DNA of 56,812 nucleotides, counting the filler, from Catajapyx aquilonaris (taxonomy: Eukaryota), in the NCBI GenBank assembly GCA_000934665.2. It is 4 parts of 4 records of this genome, joined end to end, with 100 filler letters (N's around TTAATTAATTAA, not from the genome) between each part and the next. Parts side by side here need not be neighbours in the genome. Positions count along the whole stretch, not along the records: positions 14,232 to 28,343 come from JYFJ02007881.1; 3 more parts are not named here. One strand, 5' to 3'. The translations under genes and the position numbers were made by a program. Positions within the stretch are counted from its first letter, which is position 1. Each line of letters begins with the position of its first letter. Below are positions 14,232 to 26,338 of this stretch, piece after piece. Below the pieces are notes generated by a model, which was not told the DNA's origin, searched no databases, and saw nothing but the letters and a program-made list of their open reading frames with translations.

Positions 14232-15073
14232 CGGCATTAGTGGGCAAAGGTAATGCACGGGTGGAGAGTGCAGGGTTGCCTCTAAAAATTCATTCCGGCC
14301 AAACTGGGAGTCGCCCTGGTGTGACAGTGCCCCCATCGTCGAGAGGAGATTCCGAGGATTCCGTCAATGTCCATATATGCCTAAAATACTGGGCGGTTAT
14401 TTTCCTTGAGAATTTAATATCGAATATGAGGGGAAGAAGAAAAGAATAAAATTCCCCCGTAAATTAACCCGTTGTTATTTATAACCGATACGGCCTTCGA
14501 CGGGAATGTCGGAATCTCCCCTCGACGACCTGGGCACTGTCACACCTGTGCGACCCCCAGTTTGGCCGGAATGAATTTTCAGAGACAACCCTGCACTCTG
14601 GACCCGTTGGGTTACAGCCCGCCAGATTCTCACCCTCCCAGACGCTATATGTCCCACTTTTTACCCTCATATTCGCTATTAAATTCTCCAGTAAAATAAA
14701 CCGTGGTTATTTATGGCCGATATGGACCTCGACGGCATCGTCGGAATCTCCTCTCGACAACGGGGGCACTGTCAAACCAGGACGACCCCTAGATTGGCCG
14801 CAATGAATTTTCAGAGGTAACCCTGCGAGTGGACCCCACTCCTCCTTGAGCCCGCCATGCCTCGCTCTCCCAGCGGCCAAGCCCACCCATTCTGCCCGTA
14901 CCAGGTCCGTCTCGGCCCGGGGCCTGCCCCACCTTCCCCATAGCATGTATATTCGCCGATATTCGCCTCCGGGGCGGAGAGGGGCAAGGAGAGGGTGCAA
15001 TGGGGAACATACGGAGAGGAAAAACGACGATACCTGACGATACTATGCTATGCCTCCCTGCCCACTAGCGCCG
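14232..15073. mobile_element. GC-rich element with short TIRs and three diverged internal repeat units of ~140-180 bp
   Basis: Ends CGGCATTAGTGGGCA / TGCCCACTAGCGCCG. One unit lies forward at ~14258-14433, with inverted copies at ~14465-14605 and ~14663-14836. Confidence 0.6.
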
Positions 15074-15310
15074 CATTGCGGCCGGTCGTCTGATCCAGCC
15101 CCATTGCTGGGTTTAGCCAAAAAGCAGAACCCACTGGAGTGCAAACTTTGCAATCCAAGGGTCAGTTGGGAGTGCAGATAACAATTGTGGAGTGCAAATT
15201 GCACCTTTGCATCTGAATATTTCTACCCCTGCTGTTTTTTCTCAATATGGTGGGTGGGTAATTCATGACAGTTCGACACGGCAATGTCACCCTACCTATT
15301 CCAACGAAAA

Positions 15311-15672
15311 AATAAAAATAGGCAGTAAAACTGCCGAAAACTATTCTTCCTCTGGGTGAGATTAAAAGTAAGAAACAAGTCCATAGTTGGGGGTTGGTTC
15401 GTGTCATAGGGATGTGTGATAATCAAATTTAATTCAAAACATTCGTGCATTGGGACTGGGAAGAATTAGGCAGATATCGCTTTTATGTACTCCTCCGACT
15501 CTCATACTCTGCCTAATTCTTCCCAGCCCCAAAGCACGAATGTTTTGAAGTAAATTTAATTATCACACATCCCCATGACACGAACCAACCCCCACCTATG
15601 GACTTGTTTCTTACTTTTAATCTCACACAGAGGAAGAATAGTTCTCGGCAGTGTTACTGCCTATTTTTATTT
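15311..15672. mobile_element. Foldback/palindromic MITE, arms ~165 bp, ~33-nt loop
   Basis: AATAAAAATAGGCAGTAAAACTGCCGAAAACTATTCTTCC...GAAGAATTAGGCAGA pairs with TCTGCCTAATTCTTC...GGAAGAATAGTTCTCGGCAGTGTTACTGCCTATTTTTATT. Confidence 0.8.
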
Positions 15673-15692
15673 AATTCTTTTCATCACCATAA

Positions 15693-15740
15693 CCTCCTGA
15701 GACCTGATGTCCAATATATTGGACATCAGGTCTCAGGAGG
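15693..15740. mobile_element. 48-bp perfect palindrome flanked by ATAA direct repeats (minimal piggyBac-like MITE)
   Basis: ATAA|CCTCCTGAGACCTGATGTCCAATATATTGGACATCAGGTCTCAGGAGG|ATAA; a related single end occurs at ~23226-23262. Confidence 0.6.
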
Positions 15741-16029
15741 ATAATAAAGTAATGTAAAGAAATTTTAGGTTTTTTAAATAACATGATGCCACTTTCAATC
15801 ATTTTTTCATACGTTGAGCGACACTAACTTCAACATAAATACTGTATAAATTTAAAAATAATTGGGCAACTACATTCTTCCGTGCATGTAAGCAAACACA
15901 TGTCACGAAAGCGGTTTGTTGGAGCAGCATGTTTTCACTGTACATATGCGCTGTTCCTCAGGATTTGAGATACGTACAAATCTGACTTATGGACATTTTC
16001 AGGAACGTAATCCCGTTCGTAGACCTGTT

Positions 16030-16184
16030 CAGTGTTGGACATAGCGTCGTACTGCTAGTGACATTTTTCGAAGCGGCAGAAAAATGAATCGAAGCAATGG
16101 AGCAAAAGTCGTGGGAGCAGGATTCCTCCTTCTGCCGCTTTGGAAAATGTCGCCAGCAGTACGACGCGATTAATGCCCAACACT
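16030..16184. repeat. Imperfect hairpin / small MITE with CAGTGTTGG ends
   Basis: CAGTGTTGGACATAGCGTCGTACTGCTAGTGACATTTTTCGAAGCGGCAGAA pairs with TTCTGCCGCTTTGGAAAATGTCGCCAGCAGTACGACGCG...CCCAACACTG. Confidence 0.65.
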
Positions 16185-17083
16185 GTACATGATTTCATGC
16201 CAAACCAAAATACCACCGACATTGATGGGAGTTTACTTCTGAAACATGCAATACATTTCCTTGTCCATGGATAAACATTTTTGATCATGCTGTAATAGTT
16301 TTCCCTTTTCTTCCCCATAGGAAGGCATCCAGTATGATCTCCAAATCATTAGGTGAATCAATGTAGGGAGGATATGAAAGGACTAAACTGCATATTATTT
16401 GCTCAGGAACTTGATATGTCTCTCTTTCATCTGTGAACATGGCTCTCCTTGATGGAGAAGATGCCTCCATCAGCAGAAGCATGAAACATTTATCAGGTGG
16501 TATGTTAGAAGTGGGTCTGCATTAAACCCCCTGACTCCTGCTGTAAGGGATTTACACATGCACGAAAACTGGATTTTGAATTTTTGTCATAACAGGGCTA
16601 ACCTTGACGAACTGTAAGATCTAACTATTTTCTTTTCGAGCCTCAATGTAGAGGACCAAGGTGTAAGGAGGGTTCTGTAGATAATTTGTGCCTATCTGCT
16701 GACCTGCAAGAGCCCTGTTTCTTTGTGCAAAAAAATTTGTAAATACTTTTAGTAGTCCTTGTAGTAACCTACAGGTTCCATAGCCTCCCACCTTGTGTAG
16801 TAGTAAGTGTTATGGAAGCATTGAGGAGGGAGGAGGGGCAGAACAATGAGGGCGGGTTCACCTGTAGTGTTGTACTTGTGTGCCAGTGATAATACGTACA
16901 TCACAAGTTTTTTGTCTCCCTTGGGAGCATTGCTTCACAGTTGGGGCTTGCACTGGAATTGAATCAGTTGTTTCGAAAAGGACTTGAGTGCAGAAGGCCG
17001 TACCATATTGATTTACAATTATGTTTCCACAAAATAATACAGTGCCCTCACATGTCAGCAGATAGGCATATGTTATCGATATG

Positions 17084-17671
17084 CAGGAAAACTTCCACAA
17101 GTCGAATCTCCATGGGACCGGGAAAAAACTTCGAGTTATAGAAGATTCGAGTTAGAGAAGTTTTGAATTTTTAAAGCACAGAACTCTATAAGGAGCCTAC
17201 CTTTATATCCACCAGCGACGAAAGGTTTTCAACACTTAAAAATAACTGTCACTATCACACTTACAATGTTCCTCGTTGTTTTGATGTAAAAAACACTCTG
17301 TGATGGGCATTTGCCTACTCTTAGATACAAGGATTCAATTGTCACAATCGAGTCAAACACTTCTTTCGGTAGGTCTGGTAGATGGAGATGAGGAAATTGA
17401 GCCTTTCTGTACTTGTGGCCTACTCTTGACCCTTCGGCTGGGAGAGAAATGAGACAATTTTCCGTACTCGCCAACATGAACTTCGACTTAGGGAGACTGA
17501 AAATGCATTGCTATCCCATCGTAAGGCCCTGCCAGCACTTCGAGTTATAGAAATTCGAGTTAGGGAAGTTTATTTCCTATTATTTTACATTGTGACCAAC
17601 CAAGGGCATAATTTTCTTCGACGTATAGAGAACATCGACTTAGGGAAGTTCGACTGATAGAAGTTTTACTG
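17084..17671. mobile_element. pogo/Tigger-like MITE nested in an older inverted-repeat family (~16686-18020)
   Basis: Ends CAGGAAAACTTC...GAAGTTTTACTG|TA with repeated subterminal TTCGAGTTATAGAA motifs; the same right end occurs at ~23600-23634. A flanking unit at 16961-17070 is inverted at 17686-17805 and 17921-18020. Confidence 0.6.
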
Positions 17672-19121
17672 TAATCCTATCTATAATGTGTGCCTATCTG
17701 CTGACGTGTAAGGGCACTGTATTTGTGGCAAATAAATAAATAGTAAATCAATATGGTACGGCCCTCGTCTGGACTGAAGTCCTTTTCGAAACAACTGATT
17801 CAACTGCGGGCAGTTCCGGGAGTGGATGCGACACAAATCAATCAATGTGGTTCCTGGGGGGCCTGCATGCATTGGCACACCCATGACTCCTGTGCATTCT
17901 TCTCCAGGATGATTCTGGCATAATGTGTGCCTATCTCCCGACCTGTGAAAAAGACATTTTGTAAATCAATATGGTACGGCCCTCTGGACTTGCATCGTTT
18001 TCGAAACAACTGATTCAATTACGATCCCATGTGAAAAGAGAGAGAAATAACACTGCAGGGATGAATTCCTGTATAAGAAGCTGCTCTGATTTTAGAAATA
18101 CTGTATCACATTAAAAAATGAAGCTCAGCAGCTGTAATTATAACTCGTATGCACAGAGGATCTGCCCATTGCCATGAAACCACTGCTTATTTTGTAGCTG
18201 TCATATGCACTTCTGCAAAAGCACAAATGCAATGTTTGCACATTAGAAGCACAAACACTAGGGTAATGAAGGTTCGGTTTTGCTAATGTTTCCTATCCCT
18301 CAAAATAGTCACAGACTGCATAATTATGCAATGCTTGCATCAGCTTCATATTCACAGTGTTTTTGTATTTCTAATTCATGCCTTTGCATAAGGTTTAGGT
18401 TTAGGTTTATTAGGAAAGTGCCAAAGCAACTATGGCTATCTGGCTATAATAAGACGAAAGGCGGGAAAGATGGAGAGAAAAATGAAAAGAAGAAAGAAGA
18501 GAGAAAAGACTGGTATCTCTCTTGGTCTGCCTCCTATCCCAAAGACCTGTCCTACTTGGGTGCCCCTGCCAGTAGATGAAGCTACAGTGGGGATAGCTCT
18601 TGGAGTCATGGGAGAATCGCAAACCCTCCCCACCACCACCACCACGTGAAGCTGGAGATCCCATAGGGGAGGTTGGGGGGGGGGGGNGGGGGGGGGGGGG
18701 GCTTGCGTTGCTCCATGACCCCAAGAGCTATGCCCCTCTAGCTTCATCTACCACAGAAGATTAATGCACAGAAGTGTATTTGGGAGTAATGTAATAAGCA
18801 GGGGTTTCATGACAACAAAGGGCTCTTTTTCCGCATCACTGTTATCATGATGGTTTGGCTTCATTTCGTTGCAGAATCTTTCTCAACTCAGAGCAGCTTT
18901 CTGCACAGGGACCAATATCACTGCAGTGGATTTTTTCTCTCTCTCTTCGCCTGGGATCAAAATTCTTTTGCAAATCCAAGTTGTGCAGCAATGGTTGCAA
19001 GAAAGACATAAAAAATTGTGATGTATTATCTCTTGCACAAGGACAAGACTTCATGTGAACCCCCCACCGCCTGCTCTGTCCCTGCTCCTCCCTCTGTGTT
19101 TGCAATATTTGCTACTGCACA

Positions 19122-19730
19122 TGCAAGGACTGGTCGGATAATAAGTTTCGCGATGCTACAGTTTCGATTCCATGCCACAGACAGGGTAAATACTAGCATG
19201 AGCAGATATGTCAATCCTTCCTCTACTTTATAGGCTGGGTAGACGCCTTCTTGTAGCTTATGAGCAGCTGGGGCAGCCATTGGACGAGGCTCGAGGGGCG
19301 AGCCGAGTATGCCCGACCACATTCCGCCAGGAAAAGTCATGCCAGACAGAGAGTGTTGGTCACATGGAGACTAAGGCAGAAGTGAGGGCAGCTTTTCACT
19401 GCCAGTGGTCGACATATGACATTCATCACTGGCTAGTGGAGGTGTATGGTTCAGAGATGTCATGCTTGAGCAAATGGTGCGGTGATATGGTGCCAGCAGT
19501 TTCGGAATACGCTTGTGAGCATGGAGGACAACCAGATCTGGACTACCATCCATGGCAATTACCAAGAGTGTCCTCACTTGTGCATTAGTCCATGTGACCA
19601 ACGCTGTCTTGCATGACATTTCCGGGAGGTATATGCTTCGGACTCTACATGCCCATGTTTGTCTTTACCTTGTCTGTCGCGTGAAATCAAAACTACAGCA
19701 CCGCGAAACTTATTTTCCTACTGGTTCTAA
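19122..19730 (+). mobile_element. mariner-derived non-autonomous element with long inverted arms and transposase HTH relic
   Basis: Arms 19139-19193 / 19664-19716 and 19318-19388 / 19571-19637 are inverted copies. The internal peptide EVRAAFHCQWSTYDIHHWLVEVYGSEMS..SKWC resembles the mariner N-terminal HTH (EVRxVIxF...IHxxLVEVYG...KWC). Confidence 0.65.
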
Positions 19731-20135
19731 TATAAATATCTGAACTGTACCCCACCTGCATGTAAGTAAAAATGTTGGGGAAATGTTCAGGAATGTAAAG
19801 ATACATATGGAGGCAATTGTTCAATGTAATTACCACCTGTGCAGAACCAGTTAAATAACAATTCTAAAATGGTAAGTTCTGTTCAAGCAATTTTCATACA
19901 AGCATTAGATGCTAAATCAGGTGCGTAAGTGTCACTGTAGAAATTACACATTCAGGAACTGATCATCAGGGTACTTCAAACTTGGGTCAGAGGGTGTTAA
20001 CCTGCAAATGGATGGGCCTAGAGCACATCTTGTCTCAAGATTTGCTTTGTCCAGTCCTGTCAAATTCCCCCACCATACATATGGATCTAATGATGTTCAC
20101 TTTTGAGACATTGCCTGAAAGGTATATTGTTTCAG

Positions 20136-23100
20136 GTTCGCCATATCTACATATGTGACTACCACAAAGGTGTAATCCAATGTGCTCGAACCTCAAAGCG
20201 AACAAGGCGAGACTCAGAGGAAGATTCCAATGAGATGGCTGACTTTGGCCTTGGAGGCAATAATGGAGGGAGTAGCAGCAATGGAGACCAGCCAGATGTG
20301 GACCTATTTCAGCTACAGGTGAATACTCTGCGCAGATACAAGCGACTCTTCAAGGTGCCAACACGACCAGGGATCAACAAGGCGCAGCTTGCAGATGTAA
20401 GGATAAAGAGTTTCAGAAATTTGTGGTAGTGCAGTATTTTAGGGTGTTCTCTTGGAACTAGCATACTTTTCAGATAATGTTGTGTACTTGATTAATCCAG
20501 GTACAATACTTGAATGAGGATACCCTATTTAACATTGTGGGACGTGATTGTAGGTATTCTGAAAAATGAGGTAGGCCTACTATCAACCAAATATTGCAGA
20601 AAGTGTCCATGATAATATTTTGTTAATAATACTTTCATTAACCCAGATATGCCAAGTGTCCCCTATGGGGGACACCTGCACAGTTGTTATATTTTAATTT
20701 TTTTGCGCTGGTTCTGCTGCTGCTAAAGAGCTGGCAGTAGTCACGGGGGCTTCAGGAGAGTCCCAGCTAACGATGCAAGTTCAAACCTGCTCAAATATTG
20801 CTTCAGCTTTTTAAGATACAGGTGTTTGAAATTTAACTCAGGAAATAATGGCTGCACCTTCATGTTCCGAATATGATTAGTAATTAATTCTCGAATACTG
20901 ATTAATGGTACGATTTATTTATTGTTTGTAATACTTAGAAAACTTATGAATGATGATGTCGACGGGGAAATATAGGCATATTTTTTACTTTCCTTGAGAG
21001 TAGTGTTGAAATCTGGTGTCCCTTCTGGGGAACACAAGAGCCAAATGCACCCACATTTGGACAAGTAAAGTATGTGTGTGGATTTTGTACGCTTTTTTGA
21101 ACTGTATTTTAACGAATCCATACAATTAAAATGAGATTACATGGCAATTGGTTAACATGGCAACCGTTGCAACAATCCTTGATTGTTGTTGATTGTTACT
21201 CAATCACAACCTCTTCTTTGCACGGCCTGTTTCCGTGGCAATGCAATCGTCAACAATCAATCATTGATGATATTATGAGACTATGGATATTGCTGAATTT
21301 CACTGTTGCCATGGTAATGTAAGTTAATCAACAACTGTTATAGCCATACTAGGTTACATTTTCCTAGCATCTCATAATTATAGGGGATGGCCATTTTCTC
21401 GCAAACAAGCATTCAGAAAATGGTATCTCAATTTTTGTGTTTTGGGAACTAATATGAACAAATAGAAACAAAAAAAGTTCAAAAATTCAACAAAAATTTT
21501 TTCCTGCATAACTGGGTTAATAATTGAAGGGCCGCCCTGAACTCGTTGCGGCGACGAAAGAGAGCATCGAACCTGATCAAACCGACTGCGACCGAGATAC
21601 TGACAAATAAAAATCGGATGGCCCACGTACGGCCGCCTTTTTCTTAGGGAAAAATTAATGCAATTGCATTTTTTCATAATTTTGAGACAGGGAGGCATGG
21701 TGGTCTGGTGGTTACACCACTGGCCAACCAAGCGGGAGGCCGGGGTTCAAGTACCGTCCCCGTCACCTCTGCTTGGCCGGGTCTTTTTCCGCTTTTCACC
21801 CAACATGCCGGGGCAGAATTACACTCCCTACTCTGCCCAGGGCCAGGAGAAAAGGTCTGGTGTATTTCAGAAAGTCAGAAATGACTATAATTACAGCGCC
21901 CTCCCTCGGGAGCCTCCCCTTCCCCCCTAAAAGGGCTCCACTCTTTCACGGGGTAAATAAAATAATAAATAAATAAATAAATAAATTATTTTTTTTGAGC
22001 CAGTGACTTGGACAGATCATGCCTGTGTGACTGTAAACAGTGTGTTTTATCAAGGTGAAGGAAGGGAAGGTGGTGTCATTGAAGTGCTTGTTACCATCAC
22101 TGGGTTCATAACTTGGCATTTATATTGACAAATTGCCTCATGATGGGGAAGAAACCGTCTTTGTTCTCCACGACACATTTAATACAGTCCATTCCTGATC
22201 ACATTCATATAGTTATTTAGCCGTTTCGTGGGAACATACCATGAGAAGGCGACTCTGACCAATAATTTTTCAGTTGTCTTATGGATGGTGTGTGTGTGGT
22301 TTTATGTGACATTGCAGTTGGTGCAGGAATACTGTTGCTTATAATTTTCGTTCCAATAGATCAATTATTCAGGTTTGCTCGTAAGAAAAACCTCAAAATG
22401 TGGCACCATCTCACCCAGTTTGACGGTATTACTGGTAAGACTGGAGGTAATATTAGGGATGGACTGCTTTAAATGGGTCGTGGAGAACAACCCCGTCATG
22501 AGGCAAGTTGTCAATAAAAATCCCAAGTTATGAATCACGTTATGTTTAAAAGCACTTCAAGTACACCCCTGAATTCATTCATCGTGATAAAACACATTGT
22601 TTATATTGACACGCATGATCTGTCTGAGTCACTAGCTCAAAATTATGAAAAAATGCATTTATATTAATTTTTCCCTTCCTCCACCCTATTTGATATTCGC
22701 GGATGTAGACCATTCTATTTTATTGTCCTGTTCACGCTCCAATTCGATCAGGTTCGATGTTCTCTTTCTTCGCCGTGGCGCTAGCTGCAGCACTCCTCGT
22801 CTGATAGCATTGCTCACATCCAATTATCTACTCTTTTTTTTGTCGCAGTATGTTAGCCATGATTTCTGCCAAAGCTTCCAACCGATCTTCTTCACATCAA
22901 CCTTTCCCATCACTGTCACAATGAAAATCAGTGAAATAATGGGGGGAAACTGGGAAAAACAGTGCCACAATCTCGCCTCGTCACTTTCACTTTTTAAACT
23001 GGGTCATTCCATGTCAATTCAGGAAATGGCTGTGGCTCGACCCCTTTCGATTTAAAAAAATATATAAATACGTATGTAGCCATACAGAACTTAATTCCAA

Positions 23101-26100
23101 ATCCAAAATTGTACACTCCTGGAGTTATATTTCACCGAGATACAAGCATGACAATCTCAACAACGTGCACACACCGCCATATATTCCATTGTTAAACCAT
23201 TACATTGTATACCTACATGATATATCCTCCTGAGACCTGGTGTCGACATATGTGGACATCAGCAAAAGATTTTTTTGGCGCCAACTAGTGACGCCAACAG
23301 AACTGTAATGTGTTGGTATCCCATGGTTACAATCTGGCCGCAATAGGTGTAGCCACCTAGTGTGGAATATCTGACTTGGGCCGCGAAAATTAAATCCCGG
23401 ATAAAATGGAGGATGCCGCTGCTGAAGCTAGGCGCTCATCTGATAAGTTTTATTTTCTCCCTCATATTTAGAGTGCGATTTTCGTCAATGCAACGAATGT
23501 CCTGGGATTCACAAGGAATGCGCATTAGGAAATATGTAATAAGTCTAAAAACGTGCCTGTGACAATCTTTGTTGCCGTAGAGGGGGTGCTTTAAAAAATT
23601 CCCATGGAGATTCGACTTATAGAAGTTTTACTGTAAGTTATTACACTAGTCAACTAGTTCTTTGGCACATGAACCATTTTATCTGTTTCTAATGCATTCA
23701 TATGCGCTGATTCCGAATATGTAGTCGGAAAGTGTCCACCACCCTCCATTTTTTTGAAACAGCCATACCTTAATTTGCTGAAAGTACACTGCACATTGCT
23801 CAATGTGACTAATATGTGGTCAACAATGGTTTTGTTAAATAAGCAATTTTCACTTTTTATTGTGTACTAGCAGGAAACCTGGCGTTGCTCGGGTTATGAA
23901 ATACTTTTCCATGTAGGTGTAAGTCATTGATTTAGTAGTAACCTTGGAAATAATTATGGCTATACAACAGGGGTATTCAACTAGTTTCTGACAAGGTCCA
24001 GTATTTACCCTTCCTGGGCCATTGAAGGTCCCCCCCCCCAGGGTCAAAATATATAGGTTTTATATGGTACCACAGGGTTCATATTCGAAAATAGAAACAT
24101 GTGCAGCAAGGGTAGAAGGGCCTATCAAGACAGGGGTTATTAAGACATTTTCGCCCTTTATGATGATTGTCCTGGACAGGGGAGTAGGCAGAAGAATTTC
24201 GGAGGGGGGCCCATTTCGTAAGCACAAGGTGAACAAGCCGTAAAGGGCGGGGGGGTTCCAGGTCACACGAGCTTAGGTGATGTGGGAGATTTGAATAGGT
24301 GTGTGTTTGATGAAATTGGTAGCACTTTTTCCAAAAAAAAAAACATGAATTAGTGATTTATCATGCTATTTCAAACTGTCCTGTATATTGTCGCGGTCCG
24401 GACAAAATTGTGTCGCGGTCCGCCAGTTGAATATCCCTGCTATACAATGTTGGCATACCGGTACCTGTAACATGGAGCATATTGCATGTGCATGAAGTCC
24501 AAATACCAAACTCGGATATTGTAAGAGAGTACACAATACGCCTTAAAAATCCAGCAAAAGTATGTAAGGAAAAATTGAAGGCTGTGCAGTAAATGTAGAA
24601 TAGCATTGAAAGACCGGCACCTCTCTTAGTCATTCCCCAACCCCAAAATGGCCAATCTGGCCTGGATGACTGTGCCAGCAGGCAGCTATGGGGTCGCTGG
24701 AGAACTCGAGGCCCACCACCACATTAAGGTTAAGGCGGCGCATTAGTAAAAATACGGTAGGCGCATTTTTGAGGGAATTTTATATTTTTGTTGCGGAACG
24801 CACCGTTAATCGGAAAAATCACGAAGAAGGTGCTCTGCGCAAAGGTTTGGCCTTTACTATATGGTACCATACTCGATATGATTGTATTAAAATTGTGGAC
24901 ATACGGGCGCAGAAGCGTTCCCGACTTTGTCGCGTTTCCTGCCGCCATTTTATTCAAATGGGCTTTTGGGGAACGCCATTTTCCTTTCACTTCAACTTGA
25001 TGAAAAGGTCACTTCTAGGCCGAAAATGGCAAAATGACGCCGAAGGTGACCTGCGCCAGATCATGTCCTATTTTTTGGTGTAATTTCTGTGTCCATTGCA
25101 CCATTTTTGCGCCCATGCTGCAGCAGAAGCGTGGACATGTCGAATCCCCATATGCTGCCCATGCATAAGGGAGTTTGTTTAGGTCATCGCCAAGGGCTTC
25201 ATTGTTACCGTATTTTTTTGCTAATGCGCCGCTGTAGATTATGGAACTGCTTGTAGGAACGTCGTTGCCATGGGAACGTTTTTTTTTGTTATGTTTGTAA
25301 TATAATGAAATATGGAGAGTTAAATGTTGATTATTATGGAACGGGGATGGTGGGGGGGAAGTGGGAGGGTGGNGGGGGGGGCAGTGGGGAGGGGGCGATT
25401 CATGGCCTTGGGCATTCAGAGAAGGAATGGGATGTTGCCCAGGTAACCCAAGACAGGTGATGTTTACAGCCAATTGCGCATTATTAGAAGGGGGGCCAAT
25501 GTTCCAAAGTCCTTTTGGCCTCCTGCGGCCAAGGATGACCTCGGAGGTCAAGTCCAATGTGCCTATGACATTCCCAGTAAAAAACTACCCCTAATCATTC
25601 CCCTGGGGCATATGTCGAGGCCTCCGCATTGATTTGCATCACTCATAACAGGACAGACGGATACGTCTTGAAATATGTATTAGATTAGTATGCACTGAGT
25701 TTGAATTTGAAGTCAAAATATTTCCATCGGTATCCATTTTCTTGTAACAGGCCTTACTCTCCCAAGAGTAGGCCTACTTTGCATAGCTCAATATTATTAA
25801 TTTATTGGACAACATTGGGTTTTGTTTAAGGCACCATTTTTGGTGTGTTTCATGGATTATGTGAATATGAAGTCAGAATTTTAATATCTACAAATTCCTA
25901 TTAGTCATTACTTACTCGCAAATTTATTTCAAAGTGTATGACTCTAGCCTACATTAAGGGGGGCTTTTTGCTGCCATAAAAATGCCAATTACTCTAAACC
26001 TGTCCGTGATAGAAAATATCGGTTAACATATTTGAAATCAGCACAAAGAAGACAATAAGAATCACCCATTTATGTACATGTGCCAGAAATATTTTAATTT

Positions 26101-26338
26101 TGTTTATCAGTGATACACATGGAAGTACTCTCTTACCATAAAAATGCAAATTACTCAAAAGCTATAGGAAGTTTTCCTCCCCTGTATGTTGCTCATTTCT
26201 CTGCAGATTCTTACGAAGCACTTTCGTACGCTGGCCGTGTCAGAGAAGGAAGCCCTCACTTATTTCATCTACATGGTGAAGACAAACAAGAACAAACTGG
26301 ACCACAGGAACGGAGGGAATGGAAACGACACTAGTTAG
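20136..26338 (+). CDS. SAP30: Sin3-associated protein SAP30 homolog (histone deacetylase complex subunit), 5'-partial: last two coding exons
   Basis: Exon 20136-20396 (acceptor ttgtttcag, donor gat|gtaagg) encodes [11 protein letters not shown]...[13 protein letters not shown]...[33 protein letters not shown]. Exon 26207-26338 (acceptor tctctgcag) encodes [32 protein letters not shown]...DTS*. These match the end of the SAP30 zinc finger, the basic NLS and the Sin3-binding domain. The first coding exon was not found in this block. Confidence 0.93.
21380..23150. mobile_element. Old foldback-type element with very long diverged inverted arms in the SAP30 intron (ends approximate)
   Basis: 21545-21686 plus 21990-22197 are the diverged reverse complement of ~22452-22790 (e.g. 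GAAAGAGAGCATCGAACCTGATC / GATCAGGTTCGATGTTCTCTTTC; TTGTTCTCCACGAC / GTCGTGGAGAACAA). Confidence 0.65.
21687..21985 (+). mobile_element. tRNA-derived SINE with (AAAT)n tail, inserted in an older inverted-repeat element
   Basis: A box TGGTCTGGTGG (~21701), B box GGTTCAAGTACC (~21744), (AAAT)n tail, and TTTTGAG on both sides as a probable TSD. The sequence is absent from the opposite arm of the host element (~22635-22660). Confidence 0.75.
23866..25690 (+). mobile_element. Helitron-like non-autonomous (HINE/Lep1-type) element with nested fragments
   Basis: Starts ACTAGCAGGAAACCTGGCGTTGCTCGGG (terminal hairpin) and ends with an ACAG-rich remnant and AT-rich tail (GACAGACGGATACG...TATTAGATTAG). 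Treating the span as one element is an inference. Confidence 0.45.

Noticed and set aside
14258..14836. Repeat units as a CRISPR-like or ncRNA array
   Set aside because: Eukaryotic context; the units are long, diverged and in mixed orientation with no repeat-spacer periodicity, which fits transposon subterminal repeats.
14232..20135. SAP30 first coding exon (CCL...RC...GNAS...KRIQK region)
   Set aside because: Searched by eye and not found; it probably lies beyond the block edge.
21150..21318. RFX X-box-like motifs (GTTAACATGGCAAC, GTTGCCATGGTAAT; also GTTGCCATGGGAAC near 25264)
   Set aside because: Intronic, within degenerate inverted repeats or repeat-derived DNA, and not near a known TSS, so function cannot be supported.
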